Source: a virus. From it: a stretch of 64,000 nt of DNA. Made by a program: the position numbers and the translations under genes. Positions 8,150 through 16,340 of this stretch are shown piece by piece; position 1 is the stretch's first letter, and every line of letters starts with the position of its first letter. Under the pieces are notes generated by a model. It saw only the letters and a program-made list of their open reading frames with translations, was not told the DNA's origin and did no database searches. The stretch spans positions 1 through 64,000 of the IMG/VR virus record IMGVR_UViG_3300026097_001055. One strand, given 5' to 3'.

Positions 8150-8650
8150 TTAATTTGTTTTTAGTTTAGGTAAGAATTTAGGATCATCTTGAATAGTTAA
8201 TTCAAAGAAGTTTTTAGGTAATATTCCTTCTTCAACAAAAAGATTAGCAATATCATTTTTTTCTATACCTAAATCTTTAAAACTAAGTGTATTTAATTGC
8301 TTTTCTTCAAAGTCATTAACAGAAGCTAAGACCCTTAAAACATTACTATTAGGAAATAAGGTTAATAAAAAATCATCACAGTATTTCTTAGTAAGTTTAT
8401 GCTTATAAACATTTAATATTCTTTGAGCTCTGTAAAATACATTATTTATACGTTTTTTCTTAGCCGTACACATTTTTTTAATTTCATCTTGTGATAGTCC
8501 TTTTAAACCATACAATGCTCTTTTATATAAATAGTTTTGATAACTATTAAAATGATCTTGTTGATAATTAACATATGTAGGTTCATTTATTTTTTGATAC
8601 TTACTGTTATGTAATTCTACTTTTTTGTTTAAATAAATTTCTTGTTTCAT
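8150..8650 (-). CDS. Hypothetical protein (likely start MKQEIY)
   Basis: ORF between two hairpins; YLYKRALYGL core. Confidence 0.7.
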   Translation of the reverse strand: MKQEIYLNKKVELHNSKYQKINEPTYVNYQQDHFNSYQNYLYKRALYGLKGLSQDEIKKMCTAKKKRINNVFYRAQRILNVYKHKLTKKYCDDFLLTLFPNSNVLRVLASVNDFEEKQLNTLSFKDLGIEKNDIANLFVEEGILPKNFFELTIQDDPKFLPKLKTN

Positions 8651-8730
8651 GATCGATATACATTTAATTATTAATAAAAACAATAACAGAGAGGGACACG
8701 AATGTCCCCCTCCATTATTTATATAAAGGA

Positions 8731-9204
8731 TTATCCTTCAATATCAAAACTTGCATTAGCTTTTACTGTCTTATTTGCATTAGATGCAGCATAAGCCTCA
8801 CGTAATTCTTCAACATTATCATGTTGTACAAGTGTATCTTCAGCATTGCTCATTGCAGTGTACTGAGTTCTACGGTAAATAGGTTGTCCTTCAACAGAAC
8901 AAACAATACCTGTATCACCAGCAATTTTTAAGTCACGTTGAGGATCTTTTTCATTAAATGGAGTCAAAGACTCTTTTACAATGATTTGCCCCTGTAACTC
9001 TTGACCTGCATGAAAGTTAGCCATTTCAAGTTCTTCAACTTTTCCTGGAATTAATGCAAACACTTTACGTGCACGCAAAAACCCGTTATCATCAAACATA
9101 GTACGTGTTTGTTGAACTCTTACATACCCAAATTCAGGGTTGTTTTCTGAAACATTGATTACTTGACCTGCCTCATTTCCGATAACTTTTACTTTAGTTC
9201 CCAT
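8731..9204 (-). CDS. Hypothetical beta-rich protein, possibly an OB-fold ssDNA-binding protein
   Basis: Alternating beta-strand pattern, high-expression-like codons (CGT, AAC) and a short acidic/aromatic tail (FDIEG); function is an inference. Confidence 0.55.
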   Translation of the reverse strand: MGTKVKVIGNEAGQVINVSENNPEFGYVRVQQTRTMFDDNGFLRARKVFALIPGKVEELEMANFHAGQELQGQIIVKESLTPFNEKDPQRDLKIAGDTGIVCSVEGQPIYRRTQYTAMSNAEDTLVQHDNVEELREAYAASNANKTVKANASFDIEG

Positions 9205-9346
9205 AACTTTTAATTTTTAGAAGTTTATAAATAAATAATTGAATTCTGTGGGTAGAAAAATACTATATCTAACAACCTACCCAAGGTTGTTAAACGAGTC
9301 ACATTTATAAAATGATCAGTTTTATAAATTATATATTAATTGGATC

Positions 9347-9619
9347 CTATAAATCTAAATCATCATAATTATCTTCATAAGAAAGATTATTATGAATATC
9401 TTCATCTTTTAGATCATCTGGTAGATAATCTTTATCAAGAGTTTCATCTGAAGCATCTTGTTGTCTTAACGGTTTATCATGTAATGCGGAATCAAAAAAG
9501 GGAGAAAGGTTTGAACCTGCTTTAATAGCTACAAGATACTGTATATCATCATCTGAAAGATTCAAATACTCTTCTATTGTTAGGTAAATAGTTTTACCAT
9601 TAGGTAAATTATACAGCAC
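9347..9619 (-). CDS. Acidic hypothetical protein (90 aa, GTG start)
   Basis: LYNLPNGKTIYLTIEEYL N-terminus and an Asp-rich C-terminus. Confidence 0.7.
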   Translation of the reverse strand: MLYNLPNGKTIYLTIEEYLNLSDDDIQYLVAIKAGSNLSPFFDSALHDKPLRQQDASDETLDKDYLPDDLKDEDIHNNLSYEDNYDDLDL

Positions 9620-9763
9620 TTTTTTTTATTTAAGTTATGTAAATATATATTTATTAATTAAATACACAAAAACATTATTTAAATATTTTCTATTATATAG
9701 CAAACAAAGGAGAGTAAAATAAAATACTCTCCTTGTTTTTCACCTTAAATTAACCGATCATGA

Positions 9764-9919
9764 TTAATTTTTTGGAGTCATGAATATAAAAGCTGTTAAT
9801 ACAGCCGCCATACAACTTGTATAGCTTATCATAAACCATGGATAATCTAAATAATAACTAACTAATGATAGTAAGAAAGCTAATAAAGCTAAACTTATAA
9901 TTGCAATTTTATTCATCAT
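9764..9919 (-). CDS. Small two-TM membrane protein (51 aa)
   Basis: Manual translation MMNKIAIISLALLAFLLSLVSYY...; start overlaps the upstream stop. Confidence 0.55.
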   Translation of the reverse strand: MMNKIAIISLALLAFLLSLVSYYLDYPWFMISYTSCMAAVLTAFIFMTPKN

Positions 9920-10095
9920 GATTTATATTTTTCACTGTTAGGTGCCATTACACCGGCAAACCAAAATATAAAACCTATTGTAAACATTACAGCACTAGCA
10001 CCGTAATTAACTGTTGTTACAAGTACATAACCTGCAAACCAACCAATCAGTGCTAAGCACATCATTGTGTAAAAATAACCTGAATACTTTTTCAT
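9916..10095 (-). CDS. Small two-TM membrane protein (59 aa)
   Basis: Manual translation MKKYSGYFYTMMCLALIGWFAGYVLV...; TGA overlaps the next ATG. Confidence 0.55.
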   Translation of the reverse strand: MKKYSGYFYTMMCLALIGWFAGYVLVTTVNYGASAVMFTIGFIFWFAGVMAPNSEKYKS

Positions 10096-10136
10096 TTTTT
10101 TTTTGTTTTTAATTAATCATATACATATATAAAGAA

Positions 10137-10381
10137 CCACATTTAAAGATTAACCATACAATCTTTAATTTCATTCCGTGCTGGTCACTTGGAATATGTG
10201 GGATAAATTTCTGGATAAATAATGTAGTAGTGATTTACTTGCGCTCCGGAAGTCACTAGATTATGGAGATACTACATTATTAAATAACCTTTGCACGCAG
10301 TTGTATGTGCTCGGAAACTTAATCCACTACACTATATGCTATACAACTGCTCACTAATGTGAGTTAGTGCAAAGGGTTATT
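10137..10381 (-). ncRNA. Three tandem compact structured elements
   Basis: Closing stems CCACAT/ATGTGG (10137-10201), AATAATGTAGTA/TACTACATTATT (10218-10281) and AATAACCTTTGCAC/GTGCAAAGGGTTATT (10283-10381), each with internal helices. Confidence 0.5.
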
Positions 10382-10875
10382 AATTAGAGCAAGAGCCTCG
10401 GAATAACATTCCTTACTCCTACAACTAAAACTCTTATAGATAATAGTAATAGATATAGATATAGATAGAACATTTTTCTATTCATATGCTAGTCTTACCA
10501 ATGTTATGTAATAGTTGTTTGAACTAATTACAGGGAGAATGCTTTATCCTCTTATACCTGCTATATATCTACTACAATGGGAGTTATAAGTACTAAATTC
10601 AAGTGTTTGTTGAGGTTAATATATGAGGGGGTGTGTTATACCACACAACTCACTCACACTTAAAAACTCTTAATATTTCTATTCAAACCCATTAAATGTT
10701 TAAATCTTAACACTTTTTCAATAACATTTGTCTCCCACACTGGAGAACTTTAGACTCAACTACTGATAATCAACCCATTATAACTTGTTAAATCCTTAAC
10801 AGGGTTAATATTTAATAAGCAATATAAACCGTAACAACAGCTTATATTACTTATTAATGAAGACACTTAAATAAC

Positions 10876-11043
10876 TTAAATAACTATACTATCTTCTTCT
10901 TTAATAGCAAGCTTTAACTCTTCTTGTAACTTAATAGCATTATCTAATCCATTATTAACAATAGATTCAACATCACTATTTTTTAATTCAACACCGTACA
11001 AAGCACGTGTTAAATCATTGATGGCATTAATAATTCTTTTCAT
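10876..11043 (-). CDS. Small hypothetical early protein (55 aa)
   Basis: Manual translation MKRIINAINDLTRALYGVEL...; lies downstream of the 32-bp repeat. Confidence 0.55.
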   Translation of the reverse strand: MKRIINAINDLTRALYGVELKNSDVESIVNNGLDNAIKLQEELKLAIKEEDSIVI

Positions 11044-11116
11044 GATCGTGTTTTTTAAAGATTAATAAATTATTTCTTGATATCAACTACCAGTGAGCTA
11101 ATAGCGTAATAGGTGA

Positions 11117-11148
11117 TATCAATTAAAATTAAGTATAATAAGAATGAT
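11117..11148 (-). promoter_or_regulatory. 32-bp repeat copy 1, putative phage early promoter
   Basis: TATCAATTAAAATTAAGTATAATAAGAATGAT, 31/32 identical to 11793-11824. Confidence 0.6.
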
Positions 11149-11155
11149 TTTTTTG

Positions 11156-11192
11156 AAAAAAAAATGCATGCTCCTGTAAAGGAACATGCATA
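11156..11192 (-). terminator. Rho-independent terminator after ORF 11200-11772
   Basis: ATGCATG/CATGCAT hairpin followed by a T tract on the minus strand. Confidence 0.65.
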
Positions 11193-11199
11193 TTTGATG

Positions 11200-11772
11200 T
11201 TATTTAACATCAAGCTTCTTGTCTGCTTTTGCAGATGAGAAGTTAGTGCCAAACTGCAAAGAGCTTTGCTCTTTCTGTTGGGCAGCAAGCCTTGCTTGCT
11301 TACGCTGAGTTAAAGCTTCAGTCATGTCAATGATTGTAGCTTGCTCTGCTTCTGCAATTGCCTTAGCAAGTGCAGCCTTATGAGTTGAGTCTGTAGCTTC
11401 AGCTAAGGCTTTACTCTTAAGGTATTGTAATTCCAAATCCTCGTCAGAGGTTGTTGGGATTACATACTGGCCTGATGCAATCTGGACAGCTTCAATTACA
11501 GTTGAGGTACCCTCACCTGTAATTCCTTCAAACTTGTGGTTTGAAGTTACTCTTACAGAACCATCTTCTTGAAGTGGTGTGTAAGTGTCAGTAGCGTTAG
11601 CGCTGACATATGCATCTTTATCTTCTTGAGATAAAAATGCTGCTTCATAAAGGAACTTAGTAGTTACTTTATTAAGCTTAGTGATTTCCTCTGTAAGAGG
11701 GTTAATCACTTCTTCTACAGAGGTTCTTTTGTAAGAACCTTTGTAGGTAAGTTGAATTTTGAGCTTGCTCAT
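11200..11772 (-). CDS. Hypothetical first early protein (190 aa)
   Basis: First gene of the minus arm, preceded by the 32-bp repeat and followed by a terminator. Confidence 0.8.
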   Translation of the reverse strand: MSKLKIQLTYKGSYKRTSVEEVINPLTEEITKLNKVTTKFLYEAAFLSQEDKDAYVSANATDTYTPLQEDGSVRVTSNHKFEGITGEGTSTVIEAVQIASGQYVIPTTSDEDLELQYLKSKALAEATDSTHKAALAKAIAEAEQATIIDMTEALTQRKQARLAAQQKEQSSLQFGTNFSSAKADKKLDVK

Positions 11773-11792
11773 AATTTAAAATTTAATTGATT

Positions 11793-11824
11793 TATCAATT
11801 AAAATTAAGTGTAATAAGAATGAT
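11793..11824 (-). promoter_or_regulatory. 32-bp repeat copy 2, putative phage early promoter
   Basis: Near-identical to 11117-11148; 20 nt upstream of ATG 11772. Confidence 0.6.
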
Positions 11825-11962
11825 GCATAGCATATGCATTATGTATATTATCTATTCAATTTTATTGAATGGATTATGTACATATATCACATGCAATAGC
11901 ATGTGCAATGAGGGGGGTACCCCGAGTTGAGACAGGCCCAGGGGGTCTGTTGGTAGGGACCT

Positions 11963-12067
11963 ATCACATACCTTCATACAGTTTCTAAAAATTACCCATC
12001 ACATACTCTTACATAATCCCTAAAATTATCCCATCACACACCCTCATACAATCCCTAAAAAATACCC
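11963..12067. repeat. Three imperfect 35-bp tandem repeats at the strand switch
   Basis: Units ATCACA...CTAAAA...CCC at 11963, 11998 and 12033. Confidence 0.8.
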
Positions 12068-12231
12068 AAAATAATTTTTTTAAAAAATACAATCAGGATT
12101 TATAGGTTATATGTGTAAGATCATTTATATTTGTCATTCCTTGTTTCCAATTTACTTTAGGTACAAAAATAGGATCATCGTTTGGTGGTCCTATTTTTAT
12201 TTATATATTTGTAAAAACAAAAACCAAAAAA

Positions 12232-12405
12232 ATGAAAGAATTATTAAGTGTTGGGATTAATGAAGATGGTGCTATTATGGTGCAGTCTAGTTTACCAAAA
12301 GAGGATCTAAAAACTCTACTAAGTGAATTATTAGAGAATATAGATGAAGGAAAGACTATTGATATAGAGTCTGATGATAATGATAAACCTAAATATCTAG
12401 CATAA
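12232..12405 (+). CDS. Small acidic protein (57 aa)
   Basis: Manual translation MKELLSVGINEDG...; preceded by TATATTTG and an AAAAACCAAAAAA leader. Confidence 0.65.
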   Translation: MKELLSVGINEDGAIMVQSSLPKEDLKTLLSELLENIDEGKTIDIESDDNDKPKYLA

Positions 12406-12542
12406 TGTCTAAAAGTACAGGTTTAGGAAAAAAAAGAAAAGATTCTAGAGTGTCCCGGCCTGGGGTGCATGCAAAGACTAAAACGTCCAAAAGTAAGAAA
12501 TCAAAGAATTATAAGAAATCTTATAAAGGTCAAGGTAGATAA
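12405..12542 (+). CDS. Small basic protein (45 aa), RPGVHAK...KNYKKSYKGQGR type
   Basis: Manual translation; TAATG stop-start overlap with the upstream gene. Confidence 0.7.
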   Translation: MSKSTGLGKKRKDSRVSRPGVHAKTKTSKSKKSKNYKKSYKGQGR

Positions 12543-12558
12543 ATTAAAAACCAAATAT

Positions 12559-12846
12559 ATGATAAATGAGTATAAAGTACCTACATTTGGCGAACAACTT
12601 GTAGGTATAGATTTTAATCCCTCCAACTCTGGAGAAGTAGCAGAAGTAAACGAGCTTTTTGCTAAGATTGCTAACATAATGGAAAAGAACTACAGGGAAC
12701 AGCCAAAACATGCTCTTAAGAGTTTATTGTTTGACAGTGCTGTTGGAGAAATCCTCAATGCCCAAATGAATGTAGTTAAGGTTATAACGTTAAAACATTT
12801 TAAACAAGAACAAGATGAGATTACTAGGGAAGAGAATAATGCTTAA
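12559..12846 (+). CDS. Helical-hairpin protein resembling the Acb2/Tad1-like family
   Basis: TFGEQLVGIDFNPS...AVGEILNAQMNVVKVIT pattern; start re-set to ATG 12559. Confidence 0.5.
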   Translation: MINEYKVPTFGEQLVGIDFNPSNSGEVAEVNELFAKIANIMEKNYREQPKHALKSLLFDSAVGEILNAQMNVVKVITLKHFKQEQDEITREENNA

Positions 12847-13090
12847 TAGACCGGAAGAAAAAAAGTCTAACATAGAAATATCAGATGCTCAACAAAGAGA
12901 ACTTGATATGCAATTAATGAAACAGTGGACTAAACTTACTGTATTTGAGGTAGGGGATGAAGTGGATACAATTAATGCCGGGGATAAGGTATATGTGTAT
13001 GTTAATTCGTTAGCTAATGCTGAGGTACTTGAAGTAGATGGATCTAAAAAAATGATTGTATCTCTACCTGAGATAGTAGTTGTTTGGTAA
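12815..13090 (+). CDS. groES: GroES/Cpn10-like co-chaperonin
   Basis: MRLLGKRIML, VFEVGDEV..INAGDKVYV and EIVVVW pattern; 91 aa. Confidence 0.7.
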   Translation: MRLLGKRIMLNRPEEKKSNIEISDAQQRELDMQLMKQWTKLTVFEVGDEVDTINAGDKVYVYVNSLANAEVLEVDGSKKMIVSLPEIVVVW

Positions 13091-13112
13091 AAATAGATAA
13101 TTGAGTTTAGTA

Positions 13113-13143
13113 AAATCCTGGAATAATATTCCGGGATTTTTTT
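13113..13143 (+). terminator. Rho-independent terminator
   Basis: AAAATCCTGGAAT/ATTCCGGGATTTT followed by a T tract. Confidence 0.75.
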
Positions 13144-13209
13144 GTTTATATAGATTACTTTAGTTATATTATAAATATATAGTCTCGTAATAATTAAAAC
13201 TAATGAACA

Positions 13210-13905
13210 ATGGGAAGAATTGATATTTTAAACCTTAAAAAGTATTTAAAATACAAAGGTGACAATAAGTTAGCACGTATAGGACATGTAAATCATGTTA
13301 TAAATAATACAATAGCTGCTCCAGAAAATCCATCTAATGATGATATTTTAATATATAACTCTTTAACTGATGAATGGGAAGCAGAATCTTCTAGTAATTA
13401 TACTTATGAAATAGGAGAATATGTACCAGCTGAAGGAGGTGTAATTTTTCATAGATATATAGAAGCAGGTGTTGAGAATTATCTTGTAACATCAATAGTA
13501 GATGAAAGTATTAGTCAAGATTGGAGCAATATTAGTGGTTCAGCAGTAGGATCAGCTGCTGAAACTACTTGGGATGGTCAATCTAATAGTACTGCCGTAG
13601 TAGGTCAAATTGGTCATTTAACTAGTGCTGCTAGTTTATGCTTAAATTCAACAGCAGGAGGACAGAATGATTGGTATTTACCTTCTATTGATGAAATAAG
13701 TCTTTTATATCAGAATCGTTTTCATGTGCATAAATCTTTTTCAACTATTGTAGGAGCCTCTAACATTGCAAATGCCTTCTATTGGAGTAGTACAGAAGCT
13801 AATTCAGGTAATGCATATCTTTTTAACTTTGTTTTTGCTCAAACAAGCACTAATAATAAATCCAATACACATTATGTTCGTGCAATTAGAACATTTACTC
13901 TATAG
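13210..13905 (+). CDS. Virion protein with C-terminal DUF1566/Lcl-like (C-type lectin fold) domain
   Basis: GGQNDWYLPSIDEI...YWSSTE...YVRAIR motifs; N-terminus shared with the next gene. Confidence 0.75.
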   Translation: MGRIDILNLKKYLKYKGDNKLARIGHVNHVINNTIAAPENPSNDDILIYNSLTDEWEAESSSNYTYEIGEYVPAEGGVIFHRYIEAGVENYLVTSIVDESISQDWSNISGSAVGSAAETTWDGQSNSTAVVGQIGHLTSAASLCLNSTAGGQNDWYLPSIDEISLLYQNRFHVHKSFSTIVGASNIANAFYWSSTEANSGNAYLFNFVFAQTSTNNKSNTHYVRAIRTFTL

Positions 13906-13943
13906 AAGCTTAAATCTTTAATAAGATTAATAATAAAATAAAA

Positions 13944-15002
13944 ATGAAAAAAATTGATATTTTAGATTTTTCTAAATATTTAAGAAAAAAAGGTAATAAT
14001 AAACTTGCTCGTTTAGGTCATGTAAATGCTGTAATTAATGAGTTAGAAAATAAAATTAATTCTCCAGTTAATCCAAGCAATGGTGATGGTTTAATTTATG
14101 ATAGTACTTCGGAATCTTGGATTAGTTCTGTAATTTCAGGTGGTGGATTAGAAGGTACACAATATGTATTTGTTTCAGCAAATGGTACGGATGTAGAAAA
14201 TGCACAAGAGCTTCAAGAAGCTTATAATACAGCTCAAACAATGTCTCCTAGTGCAACAAACAGAATAACCATTGTTTGCGGAATGGGTAATTACAGTTTT
14301 GTAAACCCTTTTGTAATGGATCAAGAGTATATTGATCTTGTTTCATTAGATGGAAATAAAAGTATAATTTTTAATTCTGCGGGTATTAATGTACAAGGAA
14401 ACGATGTCTTTATAAAAGGTGTTAATGTAGGCGTTAATACATTTTTAATAGCTGATAATTTAAATTTGTTAAAAGTTGAAAATTGTGAAGGTGGAAGTTT
14501 TTCATTTGGAGGATTTGCTGTAACTTCAGGTACTTTTATAAATTGTATTGGTAGTAATAGTTCATTTGGTAGTAACTCACTAGCGTCGGGAACTTTTATA
14601 GATTGCCAAGGTGGTGATACTTCATTTGGAGGTTATGGTATAGCAGATGGAAAATTCATTAATTGTGAAGGTGGATTCGCTTCATTTGGAGGTGAGGCCT
14701 TAGCTTCAGGTATATTTATAAACTGTGAAGCTAGTATTTACTCATTTGCTGGTGCAGGAACCGCATCAGGAACTTTTAATAATTGTGTAGGTAGAGATTT
14801 ATCATTTGGGGGTGATGGAGGAACTGCATCAGGGATTTTTACTAATTGCCAAGGTGATGATGATTCATTCGGTAAAGGAGGAAATCTTACAGGAAAACTG
14901 TATTATTGTCGTGAAACAGGAGGTAGTTTTGAAACAATATCAGCAGGAGGTATAACTCGATTATGTATAGATGGTCTTAATAATGAAAATAATCAAGGAT
15001 AA
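13944..15002 (+). CDS. Beta-helix repeat fibre/spike-like protein
   Basis: About 20-aa repeats SFGGxxxASGxFINCxG; N-terminus paralogous to ORF 13210. Confidence 0.7.
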   Translation: MKKIDILDFSKYLRKKGNNKLARLGHVNAVINELENKINSPVNPSNGDGLIYDSTSESWISSVISGGGLEGTQYVFVSANGTDVENAQELQEAYNTAQTMSPSATNRITIVCGMGNYSFVNPFVMDQEYIDLVSLDGNKSIIFNSAGINVQGNDVFIKGVNVGVNTFLIADNLNLLKVENCEGGSFSFGGFAVTSGTFINCIGSNSSFGSNSLASGTFIDCQGGDTSFGGYGIADGKFINCEGGFASFGGEALASGIFINCEASIYSFAGAGTASGTFNNCVGRDLSFGGDGGTASGIFTNCQGDDDSFGKGGNLTGKLYYCRETGGSFETISAGGITRLCIDGLNNENNQG

Positions 15003-15013
15003 ATAAAAGAATA

Positions 15014-15349
15014 ATGAAAAATTATCAAAGTACAACAGAAAATTCTTGGGTTGAACTTTTAAAAGTTGAATTAACAAACGAACAAAAAGAGTTACTTATT
15101 TCAACAGATGATAGTGATAAAAATGCTAAAACTTCTTTAATAAACTTAATTAAGTCTCAAAAAGAAGGTAATGTTAAGTCCACAAAAAATAATGAACTTA
15201 ATAATTTTTATCAAAGCATTAAACCTGAATTGAAAGAAAAAGATAATTATGAATTTATCTCAGTAACTTTATCTGAAAAAGAAAAAGGTGCATTTAAAGG
15301 AATTCTTAATTATAGAATAAATGGAAAGCACAAACAAATTAGATTTTAA
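15014..15349 (+). CDS. Hypothetical protein (possible fibre chaperone)
   Basis: ORF directly after the beta-helix gene. Confidence 0.6.
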   Translation: MKNYQSTTENSWVELLKVELTNEQKELLISTDDSDKNAKTSLINLIKSQKEGNVKSTKNNELNNFYQSIKPELKEKDNYEFISVTLSEKEKGAFKGILNYRINGKHKQIRF

Positions 15350-15365
15350 TTAAAAATTAAAAAAA

Positions 15366-15785
15366 ATGTCAATAGGAAATAAAATATCTGATGGAGGTAA
15401 AGGTACTAATTATCCGTATCAATCTAAGGTGCTTAAAGGATTACAACAGTCTATTAATGAATTAGAAGTAATTAACACTAATACTTCTCCTGTTGGCGGA
15501 TTAGCAACTGAAGCTACTTTAAATAATCTAAACTCAACAATTCAACCTCAAACAAGAACTGCAGGCATTATTAGACCTACAGGAGCAGGAAACCTAAACA
15601 CAGTAGCGGCTCAATTTTATTCTGTATCTGTAGCTAATACGGGGTTAACAGATGGAACAGTATTAGGAGTAGCTATTAGACCGGGAGAAATATTAAATTT
15701 TGCGGCAGATTCCTTAAATAATTATTTTACTTCTTTTGCTTATGATGCAACAGGTACTGACTTTGTAATTACCTTTATATATTAA
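15366..15785 (+). CDS. Putative virion structural protein
   Basis: Gly/Thr-rich beta protein in the structural cluster. Confidence 0.6.
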   Translation: MSIGNKISDGGKGTNYPYQSKVLKGLQQSINELEVINTNTSPVGGLATEATLNNLNSTIQPQTRTAGIIRPTGAGNLNTVAAQFYSVSVANTGLTDGTVLGVAIRPGEILNFAADSLNNYFTSFAYDATGTDFVITFIY

Positions 15786-15787
15786 AA

Positions 15788-16339
15788 GTGGCTACTATTA
15801 TAAACATAGATAAAGTTCCAAGAACTAAGAATTTTGGTTTATTTACCCAAACAGCAGCCTCTACTCCTGTAGTAAACACAATTGTTGAAACTACCATACT
15901 TAATGGTGGTGTAGGTACAATGACTGTACCTAGTAATGGATTTCAAGTAGGGGATTCTTTTTCAGCTTCTTTATCAGGATTATTATCATCAAACAACAAT
16001 GATACTTTAAGAATAAGAGTTAAAGCAGGATTAGTGGAACTAGGAGACTCAGGTATTATAACTTTACCTAGTATTACTAATAAGTTTTTTGATTTAAAGT
16101 TACACTTTACTATAAGAACTGTAGGTGTACCAGGAGTAGCATCTATAGCTACATCAGGACAATTTACTTATTCTAAAAATGCCGGAAATGCTTTTGAGGG
16201 TATGGATTTCGTAAGCATAAACAATACTACTTTTGATACTACAATTAACAACACTATAGATATTACAGCAGAATGGGGAACAGCTAGTTTAAGTAATAGC
16301 ATATCTACAGAGCTATTTGTTTTAAACAAAATATATTAA
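15788..16339 (+). CDS. Putative virion structural protein
   Basis: Thr/Gly-rich, beta-sandwich-like sequence. Confidence 0.6.
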   Translation: MATIINIDKVPRTKNFGLFTQTAASTPVVNTIVETTILNGGVGTMTVPSNGFQVGDSFSASLSGLLSSNNNDTLRIRVKAGLVELGDSGIITLPSITNKFFDLKLHFTIRTVGVPGVASIATSGQFTYSKNAGNAFEGMDFVSINNTTFDTTINNTIDITAEWGTASLSNSISTELFVLNKIY

Positions 16340-16340
16340 T

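Noticed and set aside
11963-12067. CRISPR array
   Set aside because: The 35-bp units are contiguous and imperfect, with no unique spacers; no cas operon (the PD-(D/E)XK nuclease is a stand-alone phage gene).
12469-12558. N-terminal extension of ORF 12469-12846 from the ORF track
   Set aside because: It overlaps a better-supported 45-aa basic gene (12405-12542); ATG 12559 has a proper A-rich leader.
13700-13905. Diversity-generating retroelement target (DUF1566 C-terminus)
   Set aside because: No template repeat or reverse transcriptase seen in this window.
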